A DNA stretch of 64,000 bases from Porphyridium purpureum (taxonomy: Eukaryota), in NCBI GenBank assembly GCA_008690995.1, contig VRMN01000001.1, positions 1,798,001 through 1,862,000 on the forward strand, in the 5' to 3' direction. Made by a program: the position numbers and the translations under genes. Each line of letters begins with the position of its first letter. Positions within the stretch are counted from its first letter, which is position 1. Under the pieces are notes generated by a model. It was not told where the DNA came from, ran no database searches, and worked only from the letters and a program-made list of their open reading frames with translations. Below, in pieces: positions 20,400 through 31,370 of the stretch.

Positions 20400-23108
20400 A
20401 TGCATGGCGAGCTGGGAATGATGAAGCGGAGTACGTCGGAGAGGAAGCGGCAGCGCGATGAGAAAGCATATGCCGATGCGCTGGACGCGGAACGTGCGGA
20501 ATCCAGCGATGGAATGGCGCCTGCCGTCGTGGATTTCAGGTACGAGCGTCGCGCCGGCGCGCGCACGGACAGCAGTCGAAAGCAGAAGAGGCAGCAGATG
20601 AAAGAGGAGAAGCTGCGCCGGAGACAACGAGGCCAGAGCAAAGGTGCCTTTGCCACCCACACACAAGCTGTGAAGAAGCCTCGAGCTGTCAAGGCAGGAG
20701 CCGTCGGGGTGCAGAAGAAGGCAAAGATGCAATCTGGCTCGGCTGCGACAACTGCGCGAACCGAGAAACGTGTGTCTTGGCCAGATATGAAGCCAGACCG
20801 CAAGGTTGCCGGTGATCAGTTGAAGCAAAATGCCGAGGAAGAAGACGTGTGGTCCGAGGAAGATGCGGAGTTTTTGCAAGACCAGGAAATTGACTCGCTT
20901 CTGCAGATTGCAGGGCGAGTGTCCAAACGTACACGACAAGATTACGAGACAGCAAAGCACCGTTCTACGAAGGCCAACGTCGAATCGAGCGAGGAGGATA
21001 GTGATGAAGAAGAAGAAGTTGATGAAGATAATGGTGTCCGCCTAAGTTCGGGCGAATCTGAAGCTGAAGAAGAAGAAGAAGATGATGATGATGATGAAGA
21101 TGAAGAAGAAGAAGAAGAAGAAGAAGAAGGAGAAAAGCCCCCAGGGCCTGCGACCGAGCAGAGCTCATCTTCATCAGATTTCGATGACGCTGCCGATGAC
21201 GCTGCCGATGACAGCGATGATGATGACAGTATTTATGAAGACAGCGAGAATAAGGCTTCTCCATACATAGAGAATGCAGAAGACAACGAAAATGTTGCAT
21301 CACAGGATAAAGTCCCGTGGAAGGCTGAAAAGGTTCAGAGACAAGGCCACGTTCCAGTTGCAAAGACACGTGGAGAGAAAAGAGTATCTCGAGAGGCGCA
21401 GGAACAGTCGGCTCAGCTCCAAAGGCAGTGGCGCGCGCTTCTGAATAGGCTGACTGAACGGAGCGTTTCGAAAGTGGCCAGCCAGGCCGAAAGTGTGCTC
21501 CGCGCCACTCCATCTGGCTCAAGTCGCCGGCGCTCTGCGTGTGATTCGCTCGCCGACGCGGTTGTGCGAGCTGTGCTCGCAGGCGGCGCGTCGGCGTCGC
21601 TCGGCGTAAGTGGCCCTAATGTTCTGGCGCACGCCGTGTTCATCACTTTTCTTGCAGCTACCGTGGACGTGTATGTTGGCGCTAGTGCAGTGCGCGTAGC
21701 GCTGGCCAAATTACACGCGCTTCGCCTGACAGACGAGCGCATGCGGAACGCGCCGCCCGAAGACCAAGATGGGGACGAATTCCTGGAGCAACGTGTTTCC
21801 GAATTGTACACGCTCGTGACGCTCCTGGCGTGCATGTACAAGAGCCAGTTGGTACACAGCGAGCTCTTGTACAGCACAATGCACGATTTTCTGCGTGTAT
21901 TTCAATCGCGTGACGTCGAGCTCCTTCTCGTACTGCTTCGTGCGTGCGGCAGCCGGCTTCGCTCAGATGACCCGGGAGCGCTGAAGGACGTAATTTTGGC
22001 AGTACAGGATCGTGTCAAGCGCGTGCCGCACATCACACCGCGTATGCAGGTCACATTAGATTTCATCTACTCCCTGAAGAATAATCGCGACTCTGGTCCT
22101 GCCGCACAGCAGCTCTTGCTACATGTGGACCAGGAACGTGCGCTACTCGACTGGCTGCAAAAGTCCGCGCTGGACGTGATGGCCGGAGGTGCGGAATTGC
22201 CCATGATTCGTGGAGTGTACAACACGGTGGCTGCCGATCAGGACGGCCAGGAATGGGCCGAACAAATGTACGGTGGTAGCGGACACGCCAAGGGCCGGAG
22301 CGCAAAGGGTGCCGATGCGCCCGTCAAAGATTCGCGGTCAAAGCCATCTGGGCCTGACGCGCACGCGAGCACTGCGAATGACTCGTCTACTGGCCTAGAC
22401 TTGAAGGCACTAGCTGCACAGCAGCGGCTCTCATCAGAGCTGCGCAAGTCCCTTTTTGCTGCGATTATGGGTGCATCGGACGTGAATGATGTGTTTCTGC
22501 GTCTTGGCAAGCTTGGAGCAACGGGCAAGGACAATATAAAGCAACGAGAGGCAGTGCGCGTGTTGGTTTTGTGCTGCATTCAGGAGCGTACGTACAATCC
22601 TTTCTACGCTGTTGTGCTGCGCCGCCTGTGCCGGGCAGAGCGCGGTGCGGTGATCACGACGCAATACGTGTTTTGGGATGCTCTAAAGCAGCTCGAAGAA
22701 ATGTCCACACGACACATACACCATCATGCGGCCCTACTTGGTGATTTAATTCGTGGCGGTGCGCTCGATCTTAGGTCGTTGCGCGCATTGGACTCTGCAC
22801 TGCAAGCCGCAGGAGGCACGTGGAGTGCCCGTCTCACTGGCTTCCTCCGACTTGTGTTCTCGCGCGCGCTAGATGATGATGAACACGATGACACAGAGAA
22901 CAGTAGTTCATCTGCTCGAGAAAGCATTGAGCAGCAGCTGCGTGGTCTTTTGAAAGACCCGAAGACTCAGCACTTGGCACCACTGCTGGCGTACTTTTTC
23001 AAAACGTATCTTGGAGCAAACACACAAGGAGCCGCACTTGTGGGCACCGCACTGTTGCCTGAGGATGGTCGCAGATGGGCGTCATTGGCGCTCGGAGAAG
23101 AGGAGTAG
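20400..23108 (+). CDS. NOM1: Nucleolar MIF4G/MA3 protein NOM1/Sgd1
   Basis: Basic then acidic N-terminus. MIF4G (LLNRLTE, G-x-x-LRSDDPGALKD, LKNN) and MA3 (RKSLFAAIM, REAVRVLVLCCIQERTYNPFYA, QYVFWD). Exact start uncertain. Confidence 0.9.
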   Translation: MHGELGMMKRSTSERKRQRDEKAYADALDAERAESSDGMAPAVVDFRYERRAGARTDSSRKQKRQQMKEEKLRRRQRGQSKGAFATHTQAVKKPRAVKAGAVGVQKKAKMQSGSAATTARTEKRVSWPDMKPDRKVAGDQLKQNAEEEDVWSEEDAEFLQDQEIDSLLQIAGRVSKRTRQDYETAKHRSTKANVESSEEDSDEEEEVDEDNGVRLSSGESEAEEEEEDDDDDEDEEEEEEEEEGEKPPGPATEQSSSSSDFDDAADDAADDSDDDDSIYEDSENKASPYIENAEDNENVASQDKVPWKAEKVQRQGHVPVAKTRGEKRVSREAQEQSAQLQRQWRALLNRLTERSVSKVASQAESVLRATPSGSSRRRSACDSLADAVVRAVLAGGASASLGVSGPNVLAHAVFITFLAATVDVYVGASAVRVALAKLHALRLTDERMRNAPPEDQDGDEFLEQRVSELYTLVTLLACMYKSQLVHSELLYSTMHDFLRVFQSRDVELLLVLLRACGSRLRSDDPGALKDVILAVQDRVKRVPHITPRMQVTLDFIYSLKNNRDSGPAAQQLLLHVDQERALLDWLQKSALDVMAGGAELPMIRGVYNTVAADQDGQEWAEQMYGGSGHAKGRSAKGADAPVKDSRSKPSGPDAHASTANDSSTGLDLKALAAQQRLSSELRKSLFAAIMGASDVNDVFLRLGKLGATGKDNIKQREAVRVLVLCCIQERTYNPFYAVVLRRLCRAERGAVITTQYVFWDALKQLEEMSTRHIHHHAALLGDLIRGGALDLRSLRALDSALQAAGGTWSARLTGFLRLVFSRALDDDEHDDTENSSSSARESIEQQLRGLLKDPKTQHLAPLLAYFFKTYLGANTQGAALVGTALLPEDGRRWASLALGEEE

Positions 23109-23211
23109 GCTCCCGCGTGATGCCCTTTCTCTTCAAGGTGGACACAAGCGAAGCAAGAGAGGGAACGACCTTTGCTCGCGCTAATGAAAACGGGGCTTGG
23201 GATTCCGTCCT

Positions 23212-23814
23212 TTAATTTTCCTCCAGTGCCGTATAAACACCCGTGCGACCGCCCGACTTTTCCTCCAAGCGAATGGCTTCAATACGAATGCCCTTATTCA
23301 CGGCCTTGCACATATCGTACACAGTGAGCGCTGCAACCGAGACGGCAGTGAGCGCCTCCATTTCGACGCCGGTCTTGGCGCTCCCTGTGACGACTTTCGA
23401 GCTGATACGCACGGCGCATTCATCGTGTAAAAGTTCAAAGTCGAGCGCGACCTGATCAATGGGGACGGCATGGCATAGCGGAATGAGGGCGTGCGTCTGT
23501 TTGGCGGCCTGGATGCCTGCGATTTGCGCCACGGTGAATACATCGCCCTTGGCCTTGGATACCAGACGATCAGCATCCTCTGGGCGCGGATGCGCGTGGC
23601 GGGTCAGTTCTCTCAAGACGTCAGCTCCCAGCACGACACGCGCACTTGCACGTGCCGTCCTGACACTCTCCTGCTTTGCGGACACATCCACCATCGATGC
23701 ACGCCCGTGCGCGTCCAAGTGGCTGAGCGAATCAGCACCCACAGAGTCACCAAACCATCTTCTGCCCGAGATCACGATTCGTCTCACCCACATGAGACGT
23801 ATTGTCCTCCTCAT
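23212..23814 (-). CDS. moaC: Cyclic pyranopterin monophosphate synthase MoaC/CNX3, mitochondrial-type presequence
   Basis: LSHLD...MVDVSAK, KGDV...AQIAGIQAAKQT...LIPLCH, KTGVEMEALTAVSVAALTVYDMCKA and KSGG. Confidence 0.96.
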   Translation of the reverse strand: MRRTIRLMWVRRIVISGRRWFGDSVGADSLSHLDAHGRASMVDVSAKQESVRTARASARVVLGADVLRELTRHAHPRPEDADRLVSKAKGDVFTVAQIAGIQAAKQTHALIPLCHAVPIDQVALDFELLHDECAVRISSKVVTGSAKTGVEMEALTAVSVAALTVYDMCKAVNKGIRIEAIRLEEKSGGRTGVYTALEEN

Positions 23815-24051
23815 TGCTCCGCATCCATCACAAGGTTATCAACATTGCCGCCAACTCCAACTCGCGGCCGGTGTCCCTCCAACTTCCGTTACCTCCAGAT
23901 GGAAAGTCAATTTTATCATGAAATGGGTCCACTGGAGTATAAAAAGGGTGAGAGAAAAGGGAAAGGGGCGCAGGAAGTAGACGGAAGGAGAAGGAGAGAG
24001 AGAGAGAGAGAGAGAAAGAGGCAGAGGCAGACAGGATTAGAGGGAGGGAGG

Positions 24052-25389
24052 ATGGCGGAGCAGTCGCAGATGGAGAAAATGGCGATAGAAGCGCGCAAGG
24101 CTGCGCGTGCTGTGCAGGGCATGAGTACTGCGCGGAAGAACGCGGCGCTGGACGCAGTGCACGCGCAGTTGCTTGCAAGCAAGGACGCGATTCTGGCCGC
24201 GAACGGCGAGGACCGGAGCAAGACAAAGGAGGCCGTGGATGCTGGAAAGGCGTCATCGACGCTGTATAAGCGGCTGGATCTGGGCGGGCCAAAGTTCGAT
24301 GCAGTCTTGCAGGGCGTCCGATCCGTGGCTGCGCTGCAGGATGAGGTGGGCCGAGTGAGCCTTGCCCGCGAGCTTGACGACGGGCTCGAGCTGTACCGCG
24401 TCGCGTGCCCGATTGGAGTGATCTGCATTATCTTTGAAGCCCGGCCAGAGGCTGCGGTGCAGATTTCTGCGCTCGCTATCAAGTCGGCCAACGCGGTGAT
24501 CCTGAAAGGGGGCAAGGAGGCCGAACACTCGAACCGAGCGCTCGTGGAAGCTATCCGAGCGGGCCTCAAAGAGGCGGACGTGCCCGAAAATGTGGTGCAG
24601 CTTGTATCGACGCGGGGCGAGATTGCAGAGCTGCTGAAGCTCGAAAAGCACATCGATTTAGTGATTCCGCGCGGCTCGAATGAGCTCGTGCGCTACATCA
24701 CAGACAACACGCGCATCCCCGTTCTCGGACATGCAGACGGCATCTGCAGTACGTATGTAGACAGCGCGGCTGACGTCGAGCTGGCGGCAAAGGTGGTAAC
24801 GGACGCCAAAGCACAGTATCCTGCCGTGTGCAACGCGACCGAAAAGCTGATCGTGCACCGAGATGTAGCAGCGACCCACTTGCCGACCATTGGTGCCGCG
24901 CTTCTTGCCGCTGGAGTCACCATCAAGGCGGACGAGGAGAGTATGAGGTACCTACCCAAAGACGAAAAGGTGATTCCCGTGGTCCCCAGCGATTTCCGTA
25001 CCGAGTTTCTCGACCTGACGATCGCGTGTCGAATTGTCGAGTCACTAGATGCCGCAGTGGATGAAATTAATACGCTGGGCTCTCACCATACAGACTGCAT
25101 CGTCACCCAGGACACCCAAGCCGCGGAGCGTTTCATGAGCAATGTGGATTCGGCCAACGTGTACCACAACTGCTCGACGCGCTTTGCCGATGGCTTCCGA
25201 TATGGCTTTGGCGCCGAGGTTGGTGTATCGACAACCCGGACCCACTCGCGCGGCCCCGTGGGCATGGAAGGCCTGCTGATCTACAAGTACCGGCTATACG
25301 GGAATGGCCACATTGCCGCACCGTACGCAACGGGCGAGAAGACGTTCACGCATCGTAAGATTGAGCCGAAGTATCGCGTTGAGCAGTGA
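24052..25389 (+). CDS. proA: Gamma-glutamyl phosphate reductase (stand-alone ProA/Pro2)
   Basis: PIGVICIIFEARP, LKGGKEA, IDLVIPRGS, GHADGIC, YPAVCNATE, GSHHTD and STRFADGFRYGFGAEVGVST...RGPVG. The ORF extension upstream of 24052 is antisense to moaC plus a GA repeat. Confidence 0.96.
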   Translation: MAEQSQMEKMAIEARKAARAVQGMSTARKNAALDAVHAQLLASKDAILAANGEDRSKTKEAVDAGKASSTLYKRLDLGGPKFDAVLQGVRSVAALQDEVGRVSLARELDDGLELYRVACPIGVICIIFEARPEAAVQISALAIKSANAVILKGGKEAEHSNRALVEAIRAGLKEADVPENVVQLVSTRGEIAELLKLEKHIDLVIPRGSNELVRYITDNTRIPVLGHADGICSTYVDSAADVELAAKVVTDAKAQYPAVCNATEKLIVHRDVAATHLPTIGAALLAAGVTIKADEESMRYLPKDEKVIPVVPSDFRTEFLDLTIACRIVESLDAAVDEINTLGSHHTDCIVTQDTQAAERFMSNVDSANVYHNCSTRFADGFRYGFGAEVGVSTTRTHSRGPVGMEGLLIYKYRLYGNGHIAAPYATGEKTFTHRKIEPKYRVEQ

Positions 25390-25596
25390 GCAACGAGGCG
25401 GAGATACGAAGAAGAAGCAGGAGGTCTAGACCGACGGCCTAGGGAAGGAACCGAGTGATTCGTAGTTGATTAGTTTATTTATCTTGAGCTGTCTGTTGTA
25501 TACAGTCAGTCAGTGAGTCAGTCAGTTTGCCCGCGCAAATTAAAGGCGTGTTCTTGCATGCGGCCGCGCCGCCGAGAAAATAAGTTCAGTACAAAA

Positions 25597-27081
25597 TCAC
25601 CTCGGGCGAGGACTCATCGGTGCACCGCGTGGGCTCGTGACGCGATGCCGTGATGGAGATAATGGCGAAGCTGGCCCGTATGCATGAGGGCCACCAGTGC
25701 TTGGAGACAAAGGGCGCGAACCTCCGAACGGGGAAAAGTGGCGCCTCGGAGACGTGTACGCCACGGCTGCGTTGGGCTGCTGCATACTTCCGGATGGTAA
25801 CGTCGCATCCATACCCGTCCCAAAAATCTTCTCCGACAGCTCATTGATCTGTGAAAGAAGCGATCGGTTCTGTTCCTCCAGGTCTGTTTGCCGCAACTTG
25901 AGCGCCTGGTTTGCTTCCTCCAGCGCCTGCATGCGCTCCTTCTGACGCACACGCGCTCGAAACGCAAGCTCACGCGTACGCAGCACCTTTTCAGTACTGG
26001 TCGACAGCTTGTCTGTTCCCCCTCCGAGCGCACTGGGAATTGGACCGACACTATGCACGGGCATGCTGCCACCTTCGGCATGCGAGCGGCTCGAGCCGGC
26101 AGCACTGCGCTCCTGTAGCGATGCAGCCTCCCCCGCGCGAGCTCGACCCACGACGATGCCATCAGATGATTGCCGGTTTCGCCACAATCGTGCGCTCTTA
26201 TGTACACGCGACTCGCGCACACGCGCGCGGTTCGCTCGCGCCGCATCTGGCTCCACGACCGGCAAGACCATGCCACCGGCGTCAGGCAGTGAGTTCCAGT
26301 TCGACAGTCGCGCCGAAGTGGCGGAATATGATCCGGACGAATTGAGCAACCTTGCGCCGCCGCTGTGGTGTTCGTGATCGAAGGATGTCTCACTCAGCGT
26401 CGATTCGGATGGTCTTCGTTGTTGCGGCGTCACCTGGACACCCGCAAATGGATCGTCGGGCATAAATTGCGCGTTCTGGAGCGAGTCGAACGCGTGGCTC
26501 CCGATGCGTGGATACTGCATCCCTAACTGATGGTGTTGTGTTGTCTGTTCTTCTTGCCGTGGACGGTGTTGATGCTCTTGCTGCTGCTGCTGCTGCTGCT
26601 GTTGATGTTGTTGTTGCTGCTGCTGCTGCTGCTCAAGTTGGTGTGGCTCTGGCGCCTTGTAAGTTTGTTGGTGGTCCAGGTTCCGGCTTCTCTGGGGCTG
26701 CGCCGCAGCTGCATGAGGAAACGAACCCGCTGTCGTTCTGCCCTCCAAAATGAACAACAGCTCTTCCTTCACACCCATCCTGACCTGCTGCGTTGGAATT
26801 CGGTCGTCCTTGTCGTCCTCTTGCGACGAGGCCATTGCGTCGCAGCTCTCTGTCTTCGCCGGGCGACCAGCGCCCGCCCCCACCCGCTTTGTCTGCGGAA
26901 GGTGTCCCCCGGTCCTGAATTCACCTGTCGCCTCAACCCGCTTGCCGGCAGTTGCCGATCGGTACAGCAGCTCACTGCGCGCGCCGAGCTGTTCGGCGCT
27001 TAATCCGCGCGACGGGAGCCTCACTCGCCGCGCGCTGAGTCTATAAATGTTGGCCGGTTCTTTCACGATCGGGTCACCCAT
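25597..27081 (-). CDS. bZIP-type transcription factor with poly-Q tract
   Basis: Basic region KVLRTRELAFRARVRQKERM followed by heptad leucines (LEEANQA LKLRQTD LEEQNRS LLSQINE L). Start could instead be ATG 26835. Confidence 0.78.
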   Translation of the reverse strand: MGDPIVKEPANIYRLSARRVRLPSRGLSAEQLGARSELLYRSATAGKRVEATGEFRTGGHLPQTKRVGAGAGRPAKTESCDAMASSQEDDKDDRIPTQQVRMGVKEELLFILEGRTTAGSFPHAAAAQPQRSRNLDHQQTYKAPEPHQLEQQQQQQQQHQQQQQQQQQEHQHRPRQEEQTTQHHQLGMQYPRIGSHAFDSLQNAQFMPDDPFAGVQVTPQQRRPSESTLSETSFDHEHHSGGARLLNSSGSYSATSARLSNWNSLPDAGGMVLPVVEPDAARANRARVRESRVHKSARLWRNRQSSDGIVVGRARAGEAASLQERSAAGSSRSHAEGGSMPVHSVGPIPSALGGGTDKLSTSTEKVLRTRELAFRARVRQKERMQALEEANQALKLRQTDLEEQNRSLLSQINELSEKIFGTGMDATLPSGSMQQPNAAVAYTSPRRHFSPFGGSRPLSPSTGGPHAYGPASPLSPSRHRVTSPRGAPMSPRPR

Positions 27082-28163
27082 CCGACGTGTCGTCCTGCTC
27101 GCGCGCGCGCCCTACAGCCACGGTGTCGCAGCTCCGTCCCTCCTTTTTCTCACTGGCGCTTGCACCACCCACTCCAGCTTGTCGCCACTGTCTCTGTCAT
27201 CCACGCTCGGCGTGTGCCGGCCTGCATCCACGAGAGAGGGCACTCACCGCAACGTCAGCTGCGGCTTGGCGCGCCATGTACGTGGACGATTCAGTTCCGT
27301 GCTCCCGCCGTCCCTCGAATTCGTGCTTTGCCTTTGCCTCTCTCTCCCTTGGTCACTCGCCCCCTTTTTTTTTTTCCTGCCGTCTCACGGCTGCCAACAT
27401 GTCTCACACTCCAAATCCCACCACCGTCATCGTCATTCAATCAATGACCCAAAACACCAAAAACCCCAAAACCCAAAAATAAAGACGAATCACAACGCAT
27501 TTATTTCCATCGCACATCATAAACCCAAAACACTGCAAAGACACTAAGAACCACGTTCGTTTTCCTTGTAGATTTACTTCAGATAGTCTCACATCGAAAG
27601 ATCCCTTACCGTCAGCAAACAGCTGTAACTAGAGAATGATGGAGGAATAACAACCACCACCACTGCAAAAGTGTGGGGGATTGGGGGGAAAAGAAAAGGG
27701 AACAAAAAGCGACGCGAACAAGCAGACGATGCGCGTGTGTGTGTGAGTTTGTAGAGTGTAGAAGGAGTGTACACACATTAATGCGTGCGGCGGTGTATTC
27801 CTACTGTCTGTCCCATGTGGTCATGGGGTCTCCGGGGGTTGTTGTTGGTGGTGGTGGTGGGCGGGGAACACGCTTCGGAAGGTGTATGAAATCCGCCGGT
27901 TTGGATAGAGCGGCGGCGGCTGCGCCTCACGTCGTCAGCGGCGTCCGCTCGGTTGGTGTGGGTGGATGAGTCGGATTCAAGCTGTGTCAGTCATGCGCGT
28001 GATGAGCGGCTATAAATAGATTGAACGTGCAGGAAGGGGGTACACCGCACGCAGGCACAAGTGTACCGGAGTCGCAAATAAACTGTACCGAATGAGCGAG
28101 CGCGCAGGGCAAGGCGCCAGGAGCAATGAAGGTGCGGCGGTGCGGTTGCGCGGCAAGACAGAT

Positions 28164-29972
28164 TCAGCGCGACACGGACAGCTCGCCTGCGCATCTGAAG
28201 GGTGCGCGAGTCTTTCGAGCGGTCATGTACTGGTCCAGCGCGCGCCGCGATCCAACGGGCGCGTGTGCGAGCGACGTGTCGGCCCACAGCTCCGCCGGGA
28301 ACGACGCGCTGTCCACAGGCCCTCCGGAATGCCAGACGTAGCGCTGCGAGTTGGGCACGTCGGCGCCAAGAATGCAGCGGGCGCTTTTCGTGCCGGTGAC
28401 AGCATGCGGTAGAAGAAATGGGTACCGGGGCGCGTTGTAGCGCACGGCCCATGGTACGCTCATGGCAATCAGCTCCCGAACTTGCGCCGCAACTTGCGAA
28501 ATGTGCTTGCCACCACGGCTCGTGTGCCAAATGTCCGCAGACCACACCAAGTGCTCCACAGTCAAGTTGCCCGTGCGCGCCAATTCAAAAATCCATGGAT
28601 ACATGGAGGTTCGCTGCGCATCAATGACAGTGACCGCTTTCATGAGCTGCATCACCGGCTCATTCACACTCGACATGTGGATTCCGCACCCAGGGCCCAT
28701 GAATAGATGCGATACATTGCTCCGGTCAGTGCGTGGCAGTGTATTCCACCGGAACATAACATCATGCAAGGGCTGCACCAGTGGCCCAGCGTCCCATGTG
28801 ACGTCCACATATTCAGAAGCGAACGCTTCTGAAGGCGTGACGCCCGTCTCAGTCCATTTTCGCACCACCCTGCGTAGGATCGTATCGACCCCATCCTGCA
28901 TCCGCGACCTTTCATGCCACTCAAAGTTGAGCTTGAATTGGATCGGCAGGATGGCCACGGTCTCATAGGACCTCAACTCACAGTGCTTCAGGTGCTTGAG
29001 AGCATGGCCGAGCACAATCTCGTCCTCGTCGTTCTGGATGGCAAATGCCATGTTTGCGCTGGTGTTGCCCGCCGTCACGATTTTCCGAGCGAGCGGGTGC
29101 TCGGACACCTTCAGTTTGGCGATTGACAAATAACGCGGCGCCTTCTCAAACTCCCAACGCCCAGCATCCATCCCCTTGAGGTCTGCCTCGCTGCCAAAGA
29201 GATACAGCATTTTGTCCGCAAACCGCGCCCACCGCTCGGGATTAGTTGCGATGGAGTCACGCAAATAGAACGGCTTCTTCACGCCGCGGTGTGTCAGGGC
29301 GCCTTCATAGACCACGAAAACATCGACGTACTCGTATGTCTCAAGCAGACGGATTTCAAGCATGTCCAGATTATACCCAACCGGGACGAAATCCACAATG
29401 AACGCAGGCGAGGAGCGCGCTTCACCCGTTAGTACCAGCTGATACCGTTGGCTGTTGCACTCCAGGGGGATTTTTTCAGGGTTACTCTGCGTCGTGAGCG
29501 GTTCCGCCGGCTCGGCAATCACGTACGGTTCGACAATGTCGAGAATCTGCGACACATTGGTTTCCCCGTCTCCCAGAGCGCCATGAGGCCACTTGTGTGC
29601 GTGAGCATGCAGCAAGTCCACAAACGCCTTTGAATCATACGTCCTTCTGATCGCAGGTCGTCTTCGCGGCGTTCCGTGCGGTCCGTGCAAAAGCGTGATG
29701 ACTTCCTGCACAGAAACCCCGCGCGCCAGCTGCTCCTCCACGGCGGGCGGAACGGATACGGGAAGCACAGGTTGCTCCTCGAGATCCAAACCCACTTGTT
29801 CCTGAAGATCCGATCCAGGGTGCTCGAATTCTTTCCATTTGGCTCGGAGCAATGACTGCGGCCATTCTGCGCTGGTCAGATCAGCAACACGCGATGGCTT
29901 CACGAAAACCCCCAGAAGAACCACGTTTAAAACCAAGCTGAGACCGAACAATGTCGCGACCAGGACGCGCAT
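28164..29972 (-). CDS. Glycosyltransferase family 17 (GnT-III/MGAT3-like), type II membrane protein
   Basis: N-terminal TM helix. IVDF...YNLDMLEIRLLE-x-YEYVDVFVVYE...TH-x-G-x-x-KP, W-x-FE-x-x-x-R, DxD-type NDEDEI and G-x-HMS. Confidence 0.85.
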   Translation of the reverse strand: MRVLVATLFGLSLVLNVVLLGVFVKPSRVADLTSAEWPQSLLRAKWKEFEHPGSDLQEQVGLDLEEQPVLPVSVPPAVEEQLARGVSVQEVITLLHGPHGTPRRRPAIRRTYDSKAFVDLLHAHAHKWPHGALGDGETNVSQILDIVEPYVIAEPAEPLTTQSNPEKIPLECNSQRYQLVLTGEARSSPAFIVDFVPVGYNLDMLEIRLLETYEYVDVFVVYEGALTHRGVKKPFYLRDSIATNPERWARFADKMLYLFGSEADLKGMDAGRWEFEKAPRYLSIAKLKVSEHPLARKIVTAGNTSANMAFAIQNDEDEIVLGHALKHLKHCELRSYETVAILPIQFKLNFEWHERSRMQDGVDTILRRVVRKWTETGVTPSEAFASEYVDVTWDAGPLVQPLHDVMFRWNTLPRTDRSNVSHLFMGPGCGIHMSSVNEPVMQLMKAVTVIDAQRTSMYPWIFELARTGNLTVEHLVWSADIWHTSRGGKHISQVAAQVRELIAMSVPWAVRYNAPRYPFLLPHAVTGTKSARCILGADVPNSQRYVWHSGGPVDSASFPAELWADTSLAHAPVGSRRALDQYMTARKTRAPFRCAGELSVSR

Positions 29973-31370
29973 AGTACGTGGAGTCGCGCCGTTTGCTTCC
30001 GCGGCAAGAGCGCAGAGAGACGCGCGCGGGGGCGCGGGGCAAACCCGAAATCTGCCTGCCTGACCCCCGACCGAAACCAGTGAAAGCCAGATCTACCCGG
30101 ACACGCGCGAGACTTCTACACTAGGTTGAACGACAAGACGGTCGAACGGCACCTGGCGAGTGCGTTTGTCCTCGCGCTCCAAGTGACCTTGAACCAACTA
30201 ACTCCGTTCTATCGCGTCTGCGCTTCTTCGCGAAGATAAACTTTTCCAGGGTGTCGTGTAGTGATCTCGAAGAAATCGAAGTGTCTGAGCTTGATGTTGG
30301 CACCACGGAGGCCGAACACAGCTTCACGGGGCGATCAGAAGCGACCGCATATACTGATCATGCCGCCAAAGGTGCTGGGTTGCCAGCAATGTGTGCGAAG
30401 AAGATGCATGGTAAACGGTAAGCTGTGACGCACGCGGTTTCCGGTAGTGCAAGCACGCCGAACGTTTGACGAAAACGGGGTTGAACTTTGCTCATGGCTG
30501 GACGGCGGCGTCCATCATTGAGTTGCGCTGAAAAGGTTTTTTCTCGATGGCGGTGGAATCAGTCGAGTCTGAAGGTCTTCGCTCGTGAAAATCTGCTGCG
30601 CCTTTCGTGTGAGTCTGACGGTCTGCGGGGACCAACTAACCTCATTCGACTCTTACGTTTTTGTTTCGCGCAAACCGTTCCTCCCTCTACCGGGTGGGGG
30701 TAACCTGTTAACGTCAATCACGGAGATGAAAACCCAGTCACACTAGAGCCTCCAGCGCTCTTCGCCGGGTGCCCCGTTGTTGAGCCACTTGAATCTCCAT
30801 GATGAGTACCGGTGCGCACGTATGTGCCAACTTGCGGGACACGCGGTGGACTGCACTCCCCGCGCAGCAAAGCGGCCAATAGCGTGCATGAGCAGTGGAA
30901 AAACTGGTGCACGCCGCAACAAGGGCACACGCGTGCATTGCTCACGCAAGACGAGACACGCCAGCAGAAACGCGCTGTTTCCACCTCCGGCACGCCGAGC
31001 CGCAGCGTGCGGATCCGGAACCCACCCTTGATAGGATTTTTGAATTGGCGGTGTTTTACTAGGCACTTTCGTTCGATTTATTAATTTTTTTTGTGTCGGC
31101 TGGTTCGTTCGTGAGTTTGAACGCCGGTGGTTGTTGGCGGGTACTTATTGGGGGACAGCACACCAGGTCGGTACGGACGATAGGGCTCGAAAAACGAAGA
31201 GAGAGAGAGAGAGAGAGACAGAGAGCCTGTGCGTGTGTGGGAGTGCGTTTGTCTCTTTTTGTCCCGGTTTGGTAAGAGGAAGAGAAAGTGAGCCGTTAGG
31301 TGCCGGGGTGGTCGCTGGTATACGGTGAGGCTTGGTTGGAGTGCTTAGTGTCCGCTGTTCACTAGGACAG

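Noticed and set aside
23491..24051. Apparent 187-aa N-terminal extension of ProA (possible fusion)
   Set aside because: It is the antisense of moaC plus a GA microsatellite, with no kinase motifs.
30121..30420. Interrupted minus-strand reading frame between GT17 and trypsin-Hint (possible pseudogene)
   Set aside because: No recognisable homology; cannot be distinguished from chance.
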